64,000 nucleotides of DNA, from NCBI GenBank assembly GCA_964593805.1, contig CAZQHP010000001.1, forward strand, positions 91 through 64,090, in the 5' to 3' direction. Made by a program: the position numbers and the translations under genes. The notes below the pieces were generated by a model. The model was given only the letters and a program-made list of their open reading frames with translations. It did not search any database and was not told the origin of the DNA. Positions within the stretch are counted from its first letter, which is position 1. Every line of letters begins with the position of its first letter. Source of the stretch: an uncultured Candidatus Saccharibacteria bacterium. Lineage in GTDB: Bacteria; Patescibacteriota; Saccharimonadia; Saccharimonadales; JBBQAJ01. Shown piece after piece: positions 1 through 8,778 of this stretch.

Positions 1-1199
1 CCAAAAATCGGGCCAGTGATATCCACATAGAACCCATGGAAAAAGAACTAAAAATTCGCTGCCGGATAGATGGAGTACTGCGTGAAATCATGAAACTGCC
101 CAAAGGTACCGAAGCCGCCCTGGTGTCCCGCGTCAAAATTCTCAGCAATCTAAAAATAGATGAGCACCGCATACCGCAAGACGGCCAGTTTACCGTGCAT
201 GTTGCTGGTAAAGACATTGACCTTCGTATCGCCATTTCTCCGGTGGTGTGGGGCGAACAAATCGTGATTCGTTTGCTGGACAAAACGGGAACCAGTCTCA
301 AGCTGGAGGCTATGGGTTACACGGGGCGCGCTTTGCGGGCGATTCGCAAGGGCCTGGAGCAGCCAAACGGCATGATACTCACTTCTGGCCCAACCGGTTC
401 CGGTAAATCCACCTCTTTGTACGCGCTACTGCAAGAAATCGTCAGTGATGAAATAAACATCGTGACGCTGGAAGACCCGGTTGAATACAAAATGCCAGGC
501 ATAAACCAGATACAAGTAAATCCAGACGTAGGACTGACATTTGCTACCGGGCTGCGGTCTATTCTGCGCCAAGATCCAGACGTAGTAATGGTTGGGGAAA
601 TTCGCGACAAAGAAACCGCGCAACTGGCAGTCCAAGCGGCGCTGACCGGTCACTTGGTATTTTCCACGCTGCACACAAACTCGGCGGCCGGAATTTTGCC
701 GCGTTTGCTTGACATGGGCATAGAACCGTTTCTGATTGCCAGCACCGTACATACCGTGATAGGCCAGCGCTTGGTACGCCGTGTCCGGCAGGACGACGGC
801 AAAAAAAGCTACCAGACAGAAAAGACCGAAACCGAAGCCATACACAGTATTCTTGGCCAACTATTGCCGCAAAAAGCAGCAGACATGGCCGCTGTCGCGG
901 AAGATTTAGGCTACAAATCCTTGCCACTTGCCAATGAAAACGCTTATACTTTATTTGAGGGTGCTGATGGAGCGGAAACACCCGGCGGTTACAAGGGGCG
1001 GATGGGGCTGTATGAAGTTTTTGGCGTTACGGAAGCAATCCAGGAACTGATTTTGAACCATTCAACCAGCGGAGACATCCAAAGAGCCGCCCAGGCCGAG
1101 GGCATGATTACCATGCAGGAAGATGGTTATCTGAAGGCTTTGGCAGGTCTTACTACGCTCAAAGAAGTAAACAGGGTGGCCGCAGCCGACAGCGCATAA
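1..1199 (+). CDS. pilB: Type IV pilus / T2SS assembly ATPase (PilB/GspE family), ATPase core and C-terminus. The 5' end is not in the window and no N-terminal domain is attached on this strand.
   Basis: Translation from nt 3 reads ..KNRASDIHIEP... It continues with Walker A GPTGSGKSTS, Asp box LRQDPDVVMVGEIRD and GHLVFSTLHTN. Stop at 1197-1199. Confidence 0.85.
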   Translation, partial: KNRASDIHIEPMEKELKIRCRIDGVLREIMKLPKGTEAALVSRVKILSNLKIDEHRIPQDGQFTVHVAGKDIDLRIAISPVVWGEQIVIRLLDKTGTSLKLEAMGYTGRALRAIRKGLEQPNGMILTSGPTGSGKSTSLYALLQEIVSDEINIVTLEDPVEYKMPGINQIQVNPDVGLTFATGLRSILRQDPDVVMVGEIRDKETAQLAVQAALTGHLVFSTLHTNSAAGILPRLLDMGIEPFLIASTVHTVIGQRLVRRVRQDDGKKSYQTEKTETEAIHSILGQLLPQKAADMAAVAEDLGYKSLPLANENAYTLFEGADGAETPGGYKGRMGLYEVFGVTEAIQELILNHSTSGDIQRAAQAEGMITMQEDGYLKALAGLTTLKEVNRVAAADSA

Positions 1200-1224
1200 T
1201 AATAAAGGATAGGTGGGTATAAAA

Positions 1225-1857
1225 ATGACAGCCGCACAACCGCGAATCGAAATACTACTGGAAGAAGTTATTAAGAAAAAAGCTTCAGACTTGCACCTAC
1301 AAGTCGGCCTGCCCCCAATGCTTAGGGTTGACGGAGCTTTAGGGCCCGTCACGGGAGCAGAAGCGCTGACCGAAGAGACCATAGAAGCGCTGATTTTTGC
1401 CATTTTAGACGAAGATCAGAAACAAATTTTGCTCAAAGACAAAGAGTTTGACTTTAGTTTTGCGTTTGGAGATCTGGGGCGCTTCCGTGTGAACGCGTTT
1501 CATGAACGCGGAAACTTAGCTGCGGCTTTGCGTTTAATCCCCAACGAAATGCTTACCGTGGAGCAGCTAGGTTTGCCACCCATAGTCAATAAATTTGCCG
1601 AATATCCCAGGGGGCTCGTGCTGGTTACCGGCCCGACCGGCTCTGGCAAATCAACCACGCTGGCGGCCATGATACATAAAATCAACCATGAGCGGGCGTC
1701 GCACATCATAACCATAGAAGATCCCATAGAGTTTACCCATAAAAGCCAAAAATCGGTGATTGTACAGAGGGAAGTGCATTACGACACTTACTCTTTTTCC
1801 GCCGCTCTCAGAAGCAGCTTGCGTGAAGACCCGGACGTGGTGCTGATTGGTGAATCT
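1225..1857 (+). pseudogene. pilT: PilT-type twitching-motility ATPase, N-terminal ~211 codons only (truncated at a rearrangement junction)
   Basis: ATG at 1225 follows a purine-rich RBS. ASDLHLQVG, Walker A GPTGSGKSTT and Asp box REDPDVVLIGE are present. After ~1857 the frame reads through antisense pilB N-domain DNA with no PilT similarity (no MRD, Walker B or His box). Confidence 0.75.
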
Positions 1858-2417
1858 TGCACGATAGTTTTGATGTTTTTGTCTTTATTGGTCTGGATAT
1901 CACCGTCTTTATCTTTTGCTAATTCCTGGCCGGCATCTGAATTTTCAATCGCATCAGCAACGCCTTCGCCCAGGCTAAGCGAATACTGTTTTAGGACTTG
2001 TCGAATTCCTTCTTCGCTAGCGGCATAGACTTTTAGCGGGCGGCCAATTTTGTTGGACAAAAAGTCCACCGCTTGTACATTGTCCGCGTCTAGCATAGCT
2101 ACCACTAGGCGCCGCTGCATTTCTCCTAACGGCACAGCCATGTAGCGTTCGGCTATATCTTGCGGCAAAAGGGCTAAGATGGCGGGGTCAATGGTAGCTT
2201 CCGCTAGATTTACGTAAGGCAGTTTGGTGACGTGAGCGGTGGTTTTGGTAAGTTGTTCGCTAGAAATCAGTTTTTCGTGGACGAGCATTGTAAGCAACGG
2301 AGTTTTTGTTTCAGCGGCCTTGGTTTTATAAGTTTTAAGCTGGTCGTTTGAAATAACGCCGTCTTTTATCAGAGACTCTTCTACCTGTTGTTGGGTGGCC
2401 GCCGATAAAACGCTCAC
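1858..2417 (-). pseudogene. pilB: PilB/GspE N-terminal (T2SSE_N-type) domain fragment, detached from its ATPase core
   Basis: GGAGG-N6-GTG start at 2417. The protein shows a typical PilB N-domain pattern (..LPYVNLAEATIDPAILALLPQDIAERYMAVPL..LVVAMLDADN..) and ends ..KTIVQDSPI at ~1860. The remaining ORF-track residues are antisense to pilT. Confidence 0.7.
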
Positions 2418-2451
2418 GATTTGCCTCCAGCCAATTTAGCGGATAGTAGCC

Positions 2452-2484
<33 letters not shown>

Positions 2485-2509
2485 TATGAAAAACCATGTT
2501 TTTCATGTG

Positions 2510-2761
2510 CTACTGCTTATTAAATGGTTGCTGATTGTTATTGTCGCCAATTCTGATGATTTGAGTGGGGTCTATGGCTTGGACGTTAAAGTATTTGTCG
2601 TCTTTGGCGGGTATCTTAAAGTCGGCAGTAATAGGTTCTACCACTTCTACCTTTTCTTGTCTGTTTTTTGGAGAAGCAAACAAATAGTTAGAAAGCAGCA
2701 AAGAAAATACACCGCTAATGAAAACAACCACCATGATTAAAATTATGTCTTTCTGTTTCAT
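2510..2761 (-). CDS. Small single-pass membrane protein in the pil operon (function unknown)
   Basis: ATG overlaps the pilO-like stop (ATGA). N-terminal TM segment IILIMVVVFISGVFSLLL. No prepilin G/FTLIE motif. Confidence 0.55.
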   Translation of the reverse strand: MKQKDIILIMVVVFISGVFSLLLSNYLFASPKNRQEKVEVVEPITADFKIPAKDDKYFNVQAIDPTQIIRIGDNNNQQPFNKQ

Positions 2762-3429
2762 TGGACTTCCTTAAGAGTAATCTTGACTGTTTTTTGCGGC
2801 TGGTAGTAGCTTTTGGCAGTGACGCTAACGTTCAGCGTGGTATCGGCGCCGCTAAATTCAATTTTTACGATTTGGATGGGTCGAATAGACAGCTGGAAAA
2901 CATCCAGCAAGCCCTGGGCCGCATCAAAATTGCCAGAAATTGTAGTCTCAAACGGGATTTCAACTGGTTGAATAGCTACTTCAGAGGCTTTTGATTGGTT
3001 CAGTTCGTCATCAATGCCAGTTATGGATTGAATTTTATAGTTTCTGGCTGTTAGGATTTTTTCTACGCTGGTTGCCAGCGCCGGGAAATCGTATTTGCTT
3101 GGCAGCGCGTCTAGCACAATTTTGGCGTTGTCGCCGTCACGATCACCGCTGCCCGAAGGCAGGCCGCCGATAATATTATCTGGAGCTGATACAAAAGCCT
3201 TGTAGGAATTTACTAGCTGGTCAGCCGCAATATTATTGGCCTTAAGTTGGGCCAGGGCCTTCTTTTTTTCGGTTATCACACGCGACTGGTAGCTTCGCTG
3301 GCTCAAAAGCGCCCGGCTAGCAACCAACGAAAATACCGCCACAAACGCCGCGACTGCCAGAAATACTACCATGCTGGCGTTGGCTTTATCTATTTGTAGT
3401 CTTTTACTGGAAATAAGTTTGTTGACCAT
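2758..3429 (-). CDS. pilO: PilO-like type IV pilus assembly protein
   Basis: Position after pilM-pilN. N-terminal TM followed by a coiled-coil-like segment. The call rests on synteny and architecture only. Confidence 0.55.
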   Translation of the reverse strand: MVNKLISSKRLQIDKANASMVVFLAVAAFVAVFSLVASRALLSQRSYQSRVITEKKKALAQLKANNIAADQLVNSYKAFVSAPDNIIGGLPSGSGDRDGDNAKIVLDALPSKYDFPALATSVEKILTARNYKIQSITGIDDELNQSKASEVAIQPVEIPFETTISGNFDAAQGLLDVFQLSIRPIQIVKIEFSGADTTLNVSVTAKSYYQPQKTVKITLKEVQ

Positions 3430-3433
3430 AGTA

Positions 3434-4120
3434 CTATTGTGTTTCTTCGTTAGGGTTGCTTAACGGCTGAAAAAGCGCTTCTGGTTTTTCAGTTTCGGAC
3501 CGGGTGGTGATTTTGCCTGGGGGCACGGTAAGTGTCACAGGACTATCATTGGAAAAAATAATCGGGTCATATTTGAAAGAAAGTTCGTAGCTTGCGCCCT
3601 TTTCGTCTCTGCCAAAGCTTGATAAAACAACTTCAGAAAACGCATTGCCTTCTTTGGCAGCATCTGTTTTGTAGGTAGTGAACTTCAACGTGTCGGCGAA
3701 TTTATTTACTGTACTGATAGCATCTGCGGAACCTGTGATTTTTATGGTTTGGGTCGAAAAGTCTATTTCCATAGTCGCTATACTGACTTTGGCTGGCGTT
3801 ACTTGCTTGACGTAGTTTAGTAGACGAGGAGCAACCGGTTTTTGATCATGTAGCGCTGGCAAGCTGGCAAGCTGATTCTGGATGGTCAGAATTTTGTTGA
3901 GATCTGGTGTGTTTTCTAACTTGGCACTTTCTGACTTTATGTCTTTAGACAAATCCGTTGAATACTTTTTCTGCACCAGCTGCACTCCGACAAACAAAAT
4001 CACCATAATTGCTAGTGTAGAGCCGGCAATCAAAACTGCCACCAGAAGTGTCATGCGTTTGTTGCGCCTGGCACGAACGTATTCCAGTTTTATATTTGGT
4101 AGTAAATTAAACTGAATCAT
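3434..4120 (-). CDS. pilN: PilN-type fimbrial assembly protein
   Basis: N-terminus MIQFNLLPN (the conserved INLLP-type PilN motif) followed by a TM segment. ATGA overlap with the pilM stop. Confidence 0.7.
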   Translation of the reverse strand: MIQFNLLPNIKLEYVRARRNKRMTLLVAVLIAGSTLAIMVILFVGVQLVQKKYSTDLSKDIKSESAKLENTPDLNKILTIQNQLASLPALHDQKPVAPRLLNYVKQVTPAKVSIATMEIDFSTQTIKITGSADAISTVNKFADTLKFTTYKTDAAKEGNAFSEVVLSSFGRDEKGASYELSFKYDPIIFSNDSPVTLTVPPGKITTRSETEKPEALFQPLSNPNEETQ

Positions 4121-5160
4121 TCTTGTCTCTCCGCTAGCCCGGCCGCTACGCCAAAGTGGTTAGATAGCGCCAGTAGTTCGTTTTGGCGATCGGCAGAAAA
4201 AGACACATTTCGCCAAGCGTTGCCTATTTCAACGCTAGCGCCGAATTTGTTAGCTATGTACAACGGAAACTCGGGCAAAGCAGATGCGCCGCCCGTTACA
4301 ATAATTCGGTCCAGTTTGGCGTTGTCTCCATAGCGCTTCTGGAAAAACTTTATGGACTTGTCTATTTCTGACATTAGTAAGTCTACTGTGCCAATTATTG
4401 CTTGGTAGATCTGGCCCTCCAGCTTGTCTTTGGACACGCCAAATTTAAATACAAACTGTTCGGCTTGTTTCTGGTCAATGTTTAGGTTTTGCATGGCTGA
4501 TTTTATGATGGCATCGGTACCAGTTGGGATAGAACGCGTCAGGCGTGGCGCGCCGTTCATTGCTACTACCATGTCGGTAGACAAGCTGCCCACGTCCACT
4601 ACCATCTGGGCTGTTGTGGCATCCGGTGCCAGAATTGCCCGGACTAGCGCCAAGTTGTCCGGCTCAAAAGCAATTACATTCAAACCAATTGCTTCCAGCA
4701 TGTCCAGACGTGCTTCCGCGAATTCGTTGCTTACGCTGGTGAGCAGGACCTCTACTTTGTTTTTGTCTGCCGGCGAATCGCCTATCTGAGCCCAATCAAG
4801 CGTGGCGTCCCCGATTGGCGTAGGAATTAGCGATTCGGCTTGGTACTGTATGGTTTTGGCTAGTTCCCCTGGGTCTAATCTGTCAAAATCCGCTACGGTG
4901 GTAAATACGCGCTGCGAAGGTAGACCAACTACAACGTTTCTGGTGGTTATTCGGGCTTGGGAAAGCAATTCTTGGAGATTATCAACCAATTTTTGCTGGT
5001 CTGCCTGCGCGTCAGATTGGGCAATTTTGACATCGATTGGGACGTAACCGTAACGTACCAGGTTTTTTACCGGCCCGCTCCCCTGTAGCTGCACGATTCG
5101 GATAGCAGTAGTGCCAATGTCCAGCCCAAAAAAATCAGATACCCCACTCAGTAGACTCAT
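4117..5160 (-). CDS. pilM: PilM, actin-like ATPase of the type IV pilus assembly platform
   Basis: GLDIGTTAIRIVQL phosphate-1 motif and ..IIVTGGASALPEF.. The ORF-track GTG at 5172 abuts a TATAGT -10 box, so the ATG at 5160 is preferred. Confidence 0.85.
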   Translation of the reverse strand: MSLLSGVSDFFGLDIGTTAIRIVQLQGSGPVKNLVRYGYVPIDVKIAQSDAQADQQKLVDNLQELLSQARITTRNVVVGLPSQRVFTTVADFDRLDPGELAKTIQYQAESLIPTPIGDATLDWAQIGDSPADKNKVEVLLTSVSNEFAEARLDMLEAIGLNVIAFEPDNLALVRAILAPDATTAQMVVDVGSLSTDMVVAMNGAPRLTRSIPTGTDAIIKSAMQNLNIDQKQAEQFVFKFGVSKDKLEGQIYQAIIGTVDLLMSEIDKSIKFFQKRYGDNAKLDRIIVTGGASALPEFPLYIANKFGASVEIGNAWRNVSFSADRQNELLALSNHFGVAAGLAERQE

Positions 5161-5297
5161 AATTGCTTTCACTATACCATAAGCTTTTTACAGTTACCAT
5201 CGTAAAACTATGAGCAGAATTTTCAAATAGCAATTTTCAATTTTCCAGATCGTAGTAGTTAGTTTTCATTGTCTGGTATCTGATATTTGAAAATTGA

Positions 5298-7625
5298 TTA
5301 TAGGATGGGTGGCAAGCTGGTGATGGCATCGTAGCCGGCGTTGCCGCCAGGAGTACAGCTTTCTGATATGGCACACGGTGTTGCCAACCAGGTAGCTGGC
5401 GAGGCGTTGAATGTTTCGGCAGGAGTATTTGCACTCAAAGTGCCAATGCTACGGTAAAGTTTTAATTCCTTTGCAATAAACGCGCCTTTTACGGTAAGCG
5501 TGGATTTGCAAATAGTATTAAGTTCGTTTGTAGCATTTGGTGGCCGCCAAGTATTAGGAAGAAGATCGGGAAACGCGCAGGTGTAAATCTTCCCTCTGTT
5601 GCCCGCACTATCCGGTTGTGCCACGTACACGCCGTCCAATTGCGAAACTCCGGGTGCAATGTATATATTACCCTTTACCACTAGGTAGAAATTGGGCATA
5701 TCGTCAATGGTTGTAGCTCCACCAGCAAGCTTTATATTTCCCGCTATGTAAGCATCGCCGTTGACATAAATTATCGGACGTTTTCCTAATGCTATCGGCG
5801 GAGTTCCAAACGGTGTTGTTATAGTTAGCGCACCATTTGAAAACCATGCCGTTTTAGTATCGATTGTCCCAGATGCGATTGTTAATACTATGGGATCGGG
5901 AGTAACGTTCTTGAGTGTGTCGTAATAATCAGTAGGGCACGGTATTATGCCATCCGCCAAGGAACCCCCAAACAATGACCCAAAAAGAATCGTATTTGCA
6001 AAACTAAGACCAATTGGGGGAGAAGGATTTGTACGATTTTGGGCACTCGCTATGCCGTTTATTAAACCCCGTGAAAATGTAGCAAGATTGGTACCTGCAC
6101 CTATATTCGGATTTGTTACTTGATTCCAAGATGTCAATACTGGACTAGCTATCCCAGCTCCCCAGCCAGTACAGCCCGCAATCGGAATACCAGCGGCTAC
6201 ATCCCCGTTTCTGGCTATAAAGAAAGGTTTGCTGACGACATTAAAACTAACCGTGCCCGGACAAGAAATGGATCCAGCGTTGCCGCCGCTAACATTCCAG
6301 TCAATCGTATAGGTGCCGGCAGTATTGGCAACTATGGAACCCGACGTAACGTTTACGCTTGAACCTCCCGCAATATCCGGTATGGTAATGTTTGACTGCG
6401 GCGAACCAGAGGTAGGCAGAGGCGAAACCGTCAAACTAGCTTTACCGCCGGTGTATGTCACGGCAGTACTGGGTGAGTTGCTTATGTTCACTGTACTAGT
6501 GAAAGCCTGGCCAATTTCCGGCGACGATGGACTTATACTCACAAGATTACAACTTACGGTAGGCGCTGGGGGTGGGGGCGTACAGTTCTGATCAAAGTTA
6601 ATACTATCGTATGGCAGCTGGAACTGTATGCCATTCCGGCTTTTTACGCCTAAAAGCTCCCATTCGTACCGTTTGCCTGGTTGTACGGTAATTGTTTTGC
6701 TGTCCGCAACTCCATTACCTCCTGTCAGCGGCCAAAAATTTACAGGCGTTCTGACCCCGGTAGATGAAACTTCATATAGAATTGTGGCTATTGTGTTTGG
6801 ATTGCCACTTGTGTCGGTCTGGTTGCTTACGCCAGCATCGGCATCAAACCATGAAATATCAACTGGAGTAGGAACTTTTACGCTACACGAAGGAGCAAAC
6901 TGCAAACGCATATCTGCCCAACGGTCTGGGTCTAGCCACAACTGACCCAGCGCGAACTTATTGGTAGAACCGGCATAATAACTCAGTTTGTCTTGTGCTT
7001 GGGCAGTTATACTAAAACCATTGATACCATTCACAAACCCGTTATTTTGAGCTCGAATATAAGCAACGCGGTAGCCCTCATGCCCGGGAACAGCTGAAGG
7101 TGTTAAGCTACTCATGTTTAAGGTAATGGTGGGATCTCTGTAAACACTTGGGTTTGGATTATTGCAGTCTAATCCAGCGTTTCCAAAAAATGTCAGTGGC
7201 GCCGACATGGCTTCACTTGATGCTGCAGAACCTGCCGTTGCAGAAAAGAAAATAAATGCCGTATCTGGAAATTCCCTGGGCGCCCCGGCCAGGCTATCTA
7301 TATTCACACCCGGCGGAGAAAAGTTGTTTGGACACCAAGCCGCGTTGTTTATGCGAACTGTCACTTGTGATCGGCCATCGTCTTTTACAAAAAGCTTCAC
7401 GGTGGCTTCCGGCGCATCCAGCGCGTAATTGGCTCCAGCAGCCGCAACTGAAAGATACACATCGCCAACCTGAGTTGACGTCCCTATGTTTGTAAATTGC
7501 CCCGAGGGCACGTCTGGTAGTTTATTTGTAGCGGCTGATGCTTTGGACCCGGGGATAAACAAAAACGTAGTCACAAAAAAAGCCAAAAACAAAGTGTAGC
7601 GTTGGTATTTTTTAGGCAAAATCAT
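5298..7625 (-). CDS. Large secreted protein (775 aa), Gly/Asn/Thr/Ser-rich, pilus-operon associated; function unknown
   Basis: Signal-peptide-like N-terminus (..LFLAFFVTTFLFIPGSKASA). Start abuts the stop of the upstream TPR gene. It lies directly upstream of pilM. Confidence 0.7.
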   Translation of the reverse strand: MILPKKYQRYTLFLAFFVTTFLFIPGSKASAATNKLPDVPSGQFTNIGTSTQVGDVYLSVAAAGANYALDAPEATVKLFVKDDGRSQVTVRINNAAWCPNNFSPPGVNIDSLAGAPREFPDTAFIFFSATAGSAASSEAMSAPLTFFGNAGLDCNNPNPSVYRDPTITLNMSSLTPSAVPGHEGYRVAYIRAQNNGFVNGINGFSITAQAQDKLSYYAGSTNKFALGQLWLDPDRWADMRLQFAPSCSVKVPTPVDISWFDADAGVSNQTDTSGNPNTIATILYEVSSTGVRTPVNFWPLTGGNGVADSKTITVQPGKRYEWELLGVKSRNGIQFQLPYDSINFDQNCTPPPPAPTVSCNLVSISPSSPEIGQAFTSTVNISNSPSTAVTYTGGKASLTVSPLPTSGSPQSNITIPDIAGGSSVNVTSGSIVANTAGTYTIDWNVSGGNAGSISCPGTVSFNVVSKPFFIARNGDVAAGIPIAGCTGWGAGIASPVLTSWNQVTNPNIGAGTNLATFSRGLINGIASAQNRTNPSPPIGLSFANTILFGSLFGGSLADGIIPCPTDYYDTLKNVTPDPIVLTIASGTIDTKTAWFSNGALTITTPFGTPPIALGKRPIIYVNGDAYIAGNIKLAGGATTIDDMPNFYLVVKGNIYIAPGVSQLDGVYVAQPDSAGNRGKIYTCAFPDLLPNTWRPPNATNELNTICKSTLTVKGAFIAKELKLYRSIGTLSANTPAETFNASPATWLATPCAISESCTPGGNAGYDAITSLPPIL

Positions 7626-8234
7626 CTAGAATTGCCCCGTTTCTTCTACCGCCTTAGGGAATGTGGCATCGTATTTTTGCTGGTATTCATCAGCGGTTTT
7701 GGTATCACCAATTTCCTTAGCAATTGTTATGATAGTTGAGTATTGCAAAGGATTGTTGGCAGACTTTAGTGTATCCAAAAGCGCTTGTCCCGTTTTGTTC
7801 GTTTCGTCCTTATCGCCAGCTGCTTTATACGAGTTGTACAGTCCCCGCAGTATAGAACTTTTTAGTTTGTCTATATTATAGGTCTGTGCTTTTTTAAACG
7901 TGCTTATTGCTTCAGTATGCATATTCCTGTGCTGGTAGCTTAAGCCAAGGTCAAGATAAGTTGCTGCTGCAACATCTGACGGAGTGTTGGAATCAATCTT
8001 GACCGCTTCCAGCTGGGTCAATATTTCGTCTTTTGCCACCGGTTTTCTTGAATCTTTTTGCGCATTGTGATTAAAAACAGCACCCGTAGTAACAAGTACA
8101 AGTAAAACTACCGCTACCAAAAAAGCCTGGTTGCGGGTGAGTTTATTTAACCGGACGTGTTTGACTCTAGAAAATAGCGTGGGCTTCAAATCCCCTGTCA
8201 CAACATCGCTATTGATCGTTTTCTTGTGCTTCAT
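7626..8234 (-). CDS. Membrane-anchored TPR-like protein
   Basis: TM segment FLVAVVLLVLVTTGAVF followed by helical repeat-like sequence (..LGLSYQHRNMHTEAISTFKKAQ..). Confidence 0.55.
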   Translation of the reverse strand: MKHKKTINSDVVTGDLKPTLFSRVKHVRLNKLTRNQAFLVAVVLLVLVTTGAVFNHNAQKDSRKPVAKDEILTQLEAVKIDSNTPSDVAAATYLDLGLSYQHRNMHTEAISTFKKAQTYNIDKLKSSILRGLYNSYKAAGDKDETNKTGQALLDTLKSANNPLQYSTIITIAKEIGDTKTADEYQQKYDATFPKAVEETGQF

Positions 8235-8383
8235 AACGCTTTTGTTTAGTTTAGCACAACCCCTTGAAAACGGACAAAATAACGCGCACCTTATAAATAC
8301 ACATTAAAACAGCCCGCGCTTTGTCTAATGCGCAGAATTCACACCATAGCACCCATACCAAGAACTAATATTCTAAACGCAAA

Positions 8384-8662
8384 TTATCCGTTGTCTGGTT
8401 TTGCCGGTACTGGAGTAGTAGGATTGTCTGGAGTCAAAATTACTCCGTCTTGACCAATATTGGCTTCGCTTGGGGGTGCAATTGTGGTTGTGATTTCAAT
8501 TGTCGAAGTCGATGGTTGTACTGGTGTGGGCTCGCCCGAATCACGCATTAAATTAAAACCTGCCAAAGCCGCCACCCCCGCAACCGTAGCTATTGCTGCA
8601 CGACCACGGGTAACGCGCGGTATTATATTGGCTATTCCAGATTCGTTTGCTGTGTTAGACAT
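8384..8662 (-). CDS. Small membrane-anchored Pro/Thr-rich protein, unknown function
   Basis: ATG at 8662 (MSNTANESG..). The ORF-track GTG at 8698 lies inside the promoter -10 box, so it is rejected as the start. TM segment AAIATVAGVAALAGF. Confidence 0.5.
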   Translation of the reverse strand: MSNTANESGIANIIPRVTRGRAAIATVAGVAALAGFNLMRDSGEPTPVQPSTSTIEITTTIAPPSEANIGQDGVILTPDNPTTPVPAKPDNG

Positions 8663-8689
8663 TTTAGTATTTACCAATTTACAATACTC

Positions 8690-8717
8690 ATTATACACGA
8701 ATTGCTGTTTTTGTCAA
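8690..8717 (-). promoter_or_regulatory. Sigma70-type promoter, TTGACA-N16-TATAAT
   Basis: Reverse complement reads TTGACAaaaacagcaattcgtgTATAAT, about 27 nt upstream of the ATG at 8662. Confidence 0.6.
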
Positions 8718-8778
8718 ACTATTTACTTGGCATGCGTTTAGGCTTAACATAAGCATAAAATTATATAGGAGTACCATC

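Noticed and set aside
317-981. Minus-strand ORFs (97, 144 and 140 aa) inside the pilB ATPase region
   Set aside because: They are antisense to a strongly supported PilB coding frame with Walker motifs. They have no RBS or domain signal and are typical shadow ORFs.
1858-2028. The 3' tail of ORF-track 1213..2028 (..SCTIVLMFLSLLVW..)
   Set aside because: It is read-through into DNA that encodes the PilB N-domain on the opposite strand, with no PilT similarity. I treat it as a junction artefact rather than a real C-terminus.
5173-5297. GAAAATT-like direct repeats upstream of pilM as a regulator binding array
   Set aside because: There are only 2-3 loose copies in AT-rich DNA. I could not distinguish them from compositional bias without statistics.
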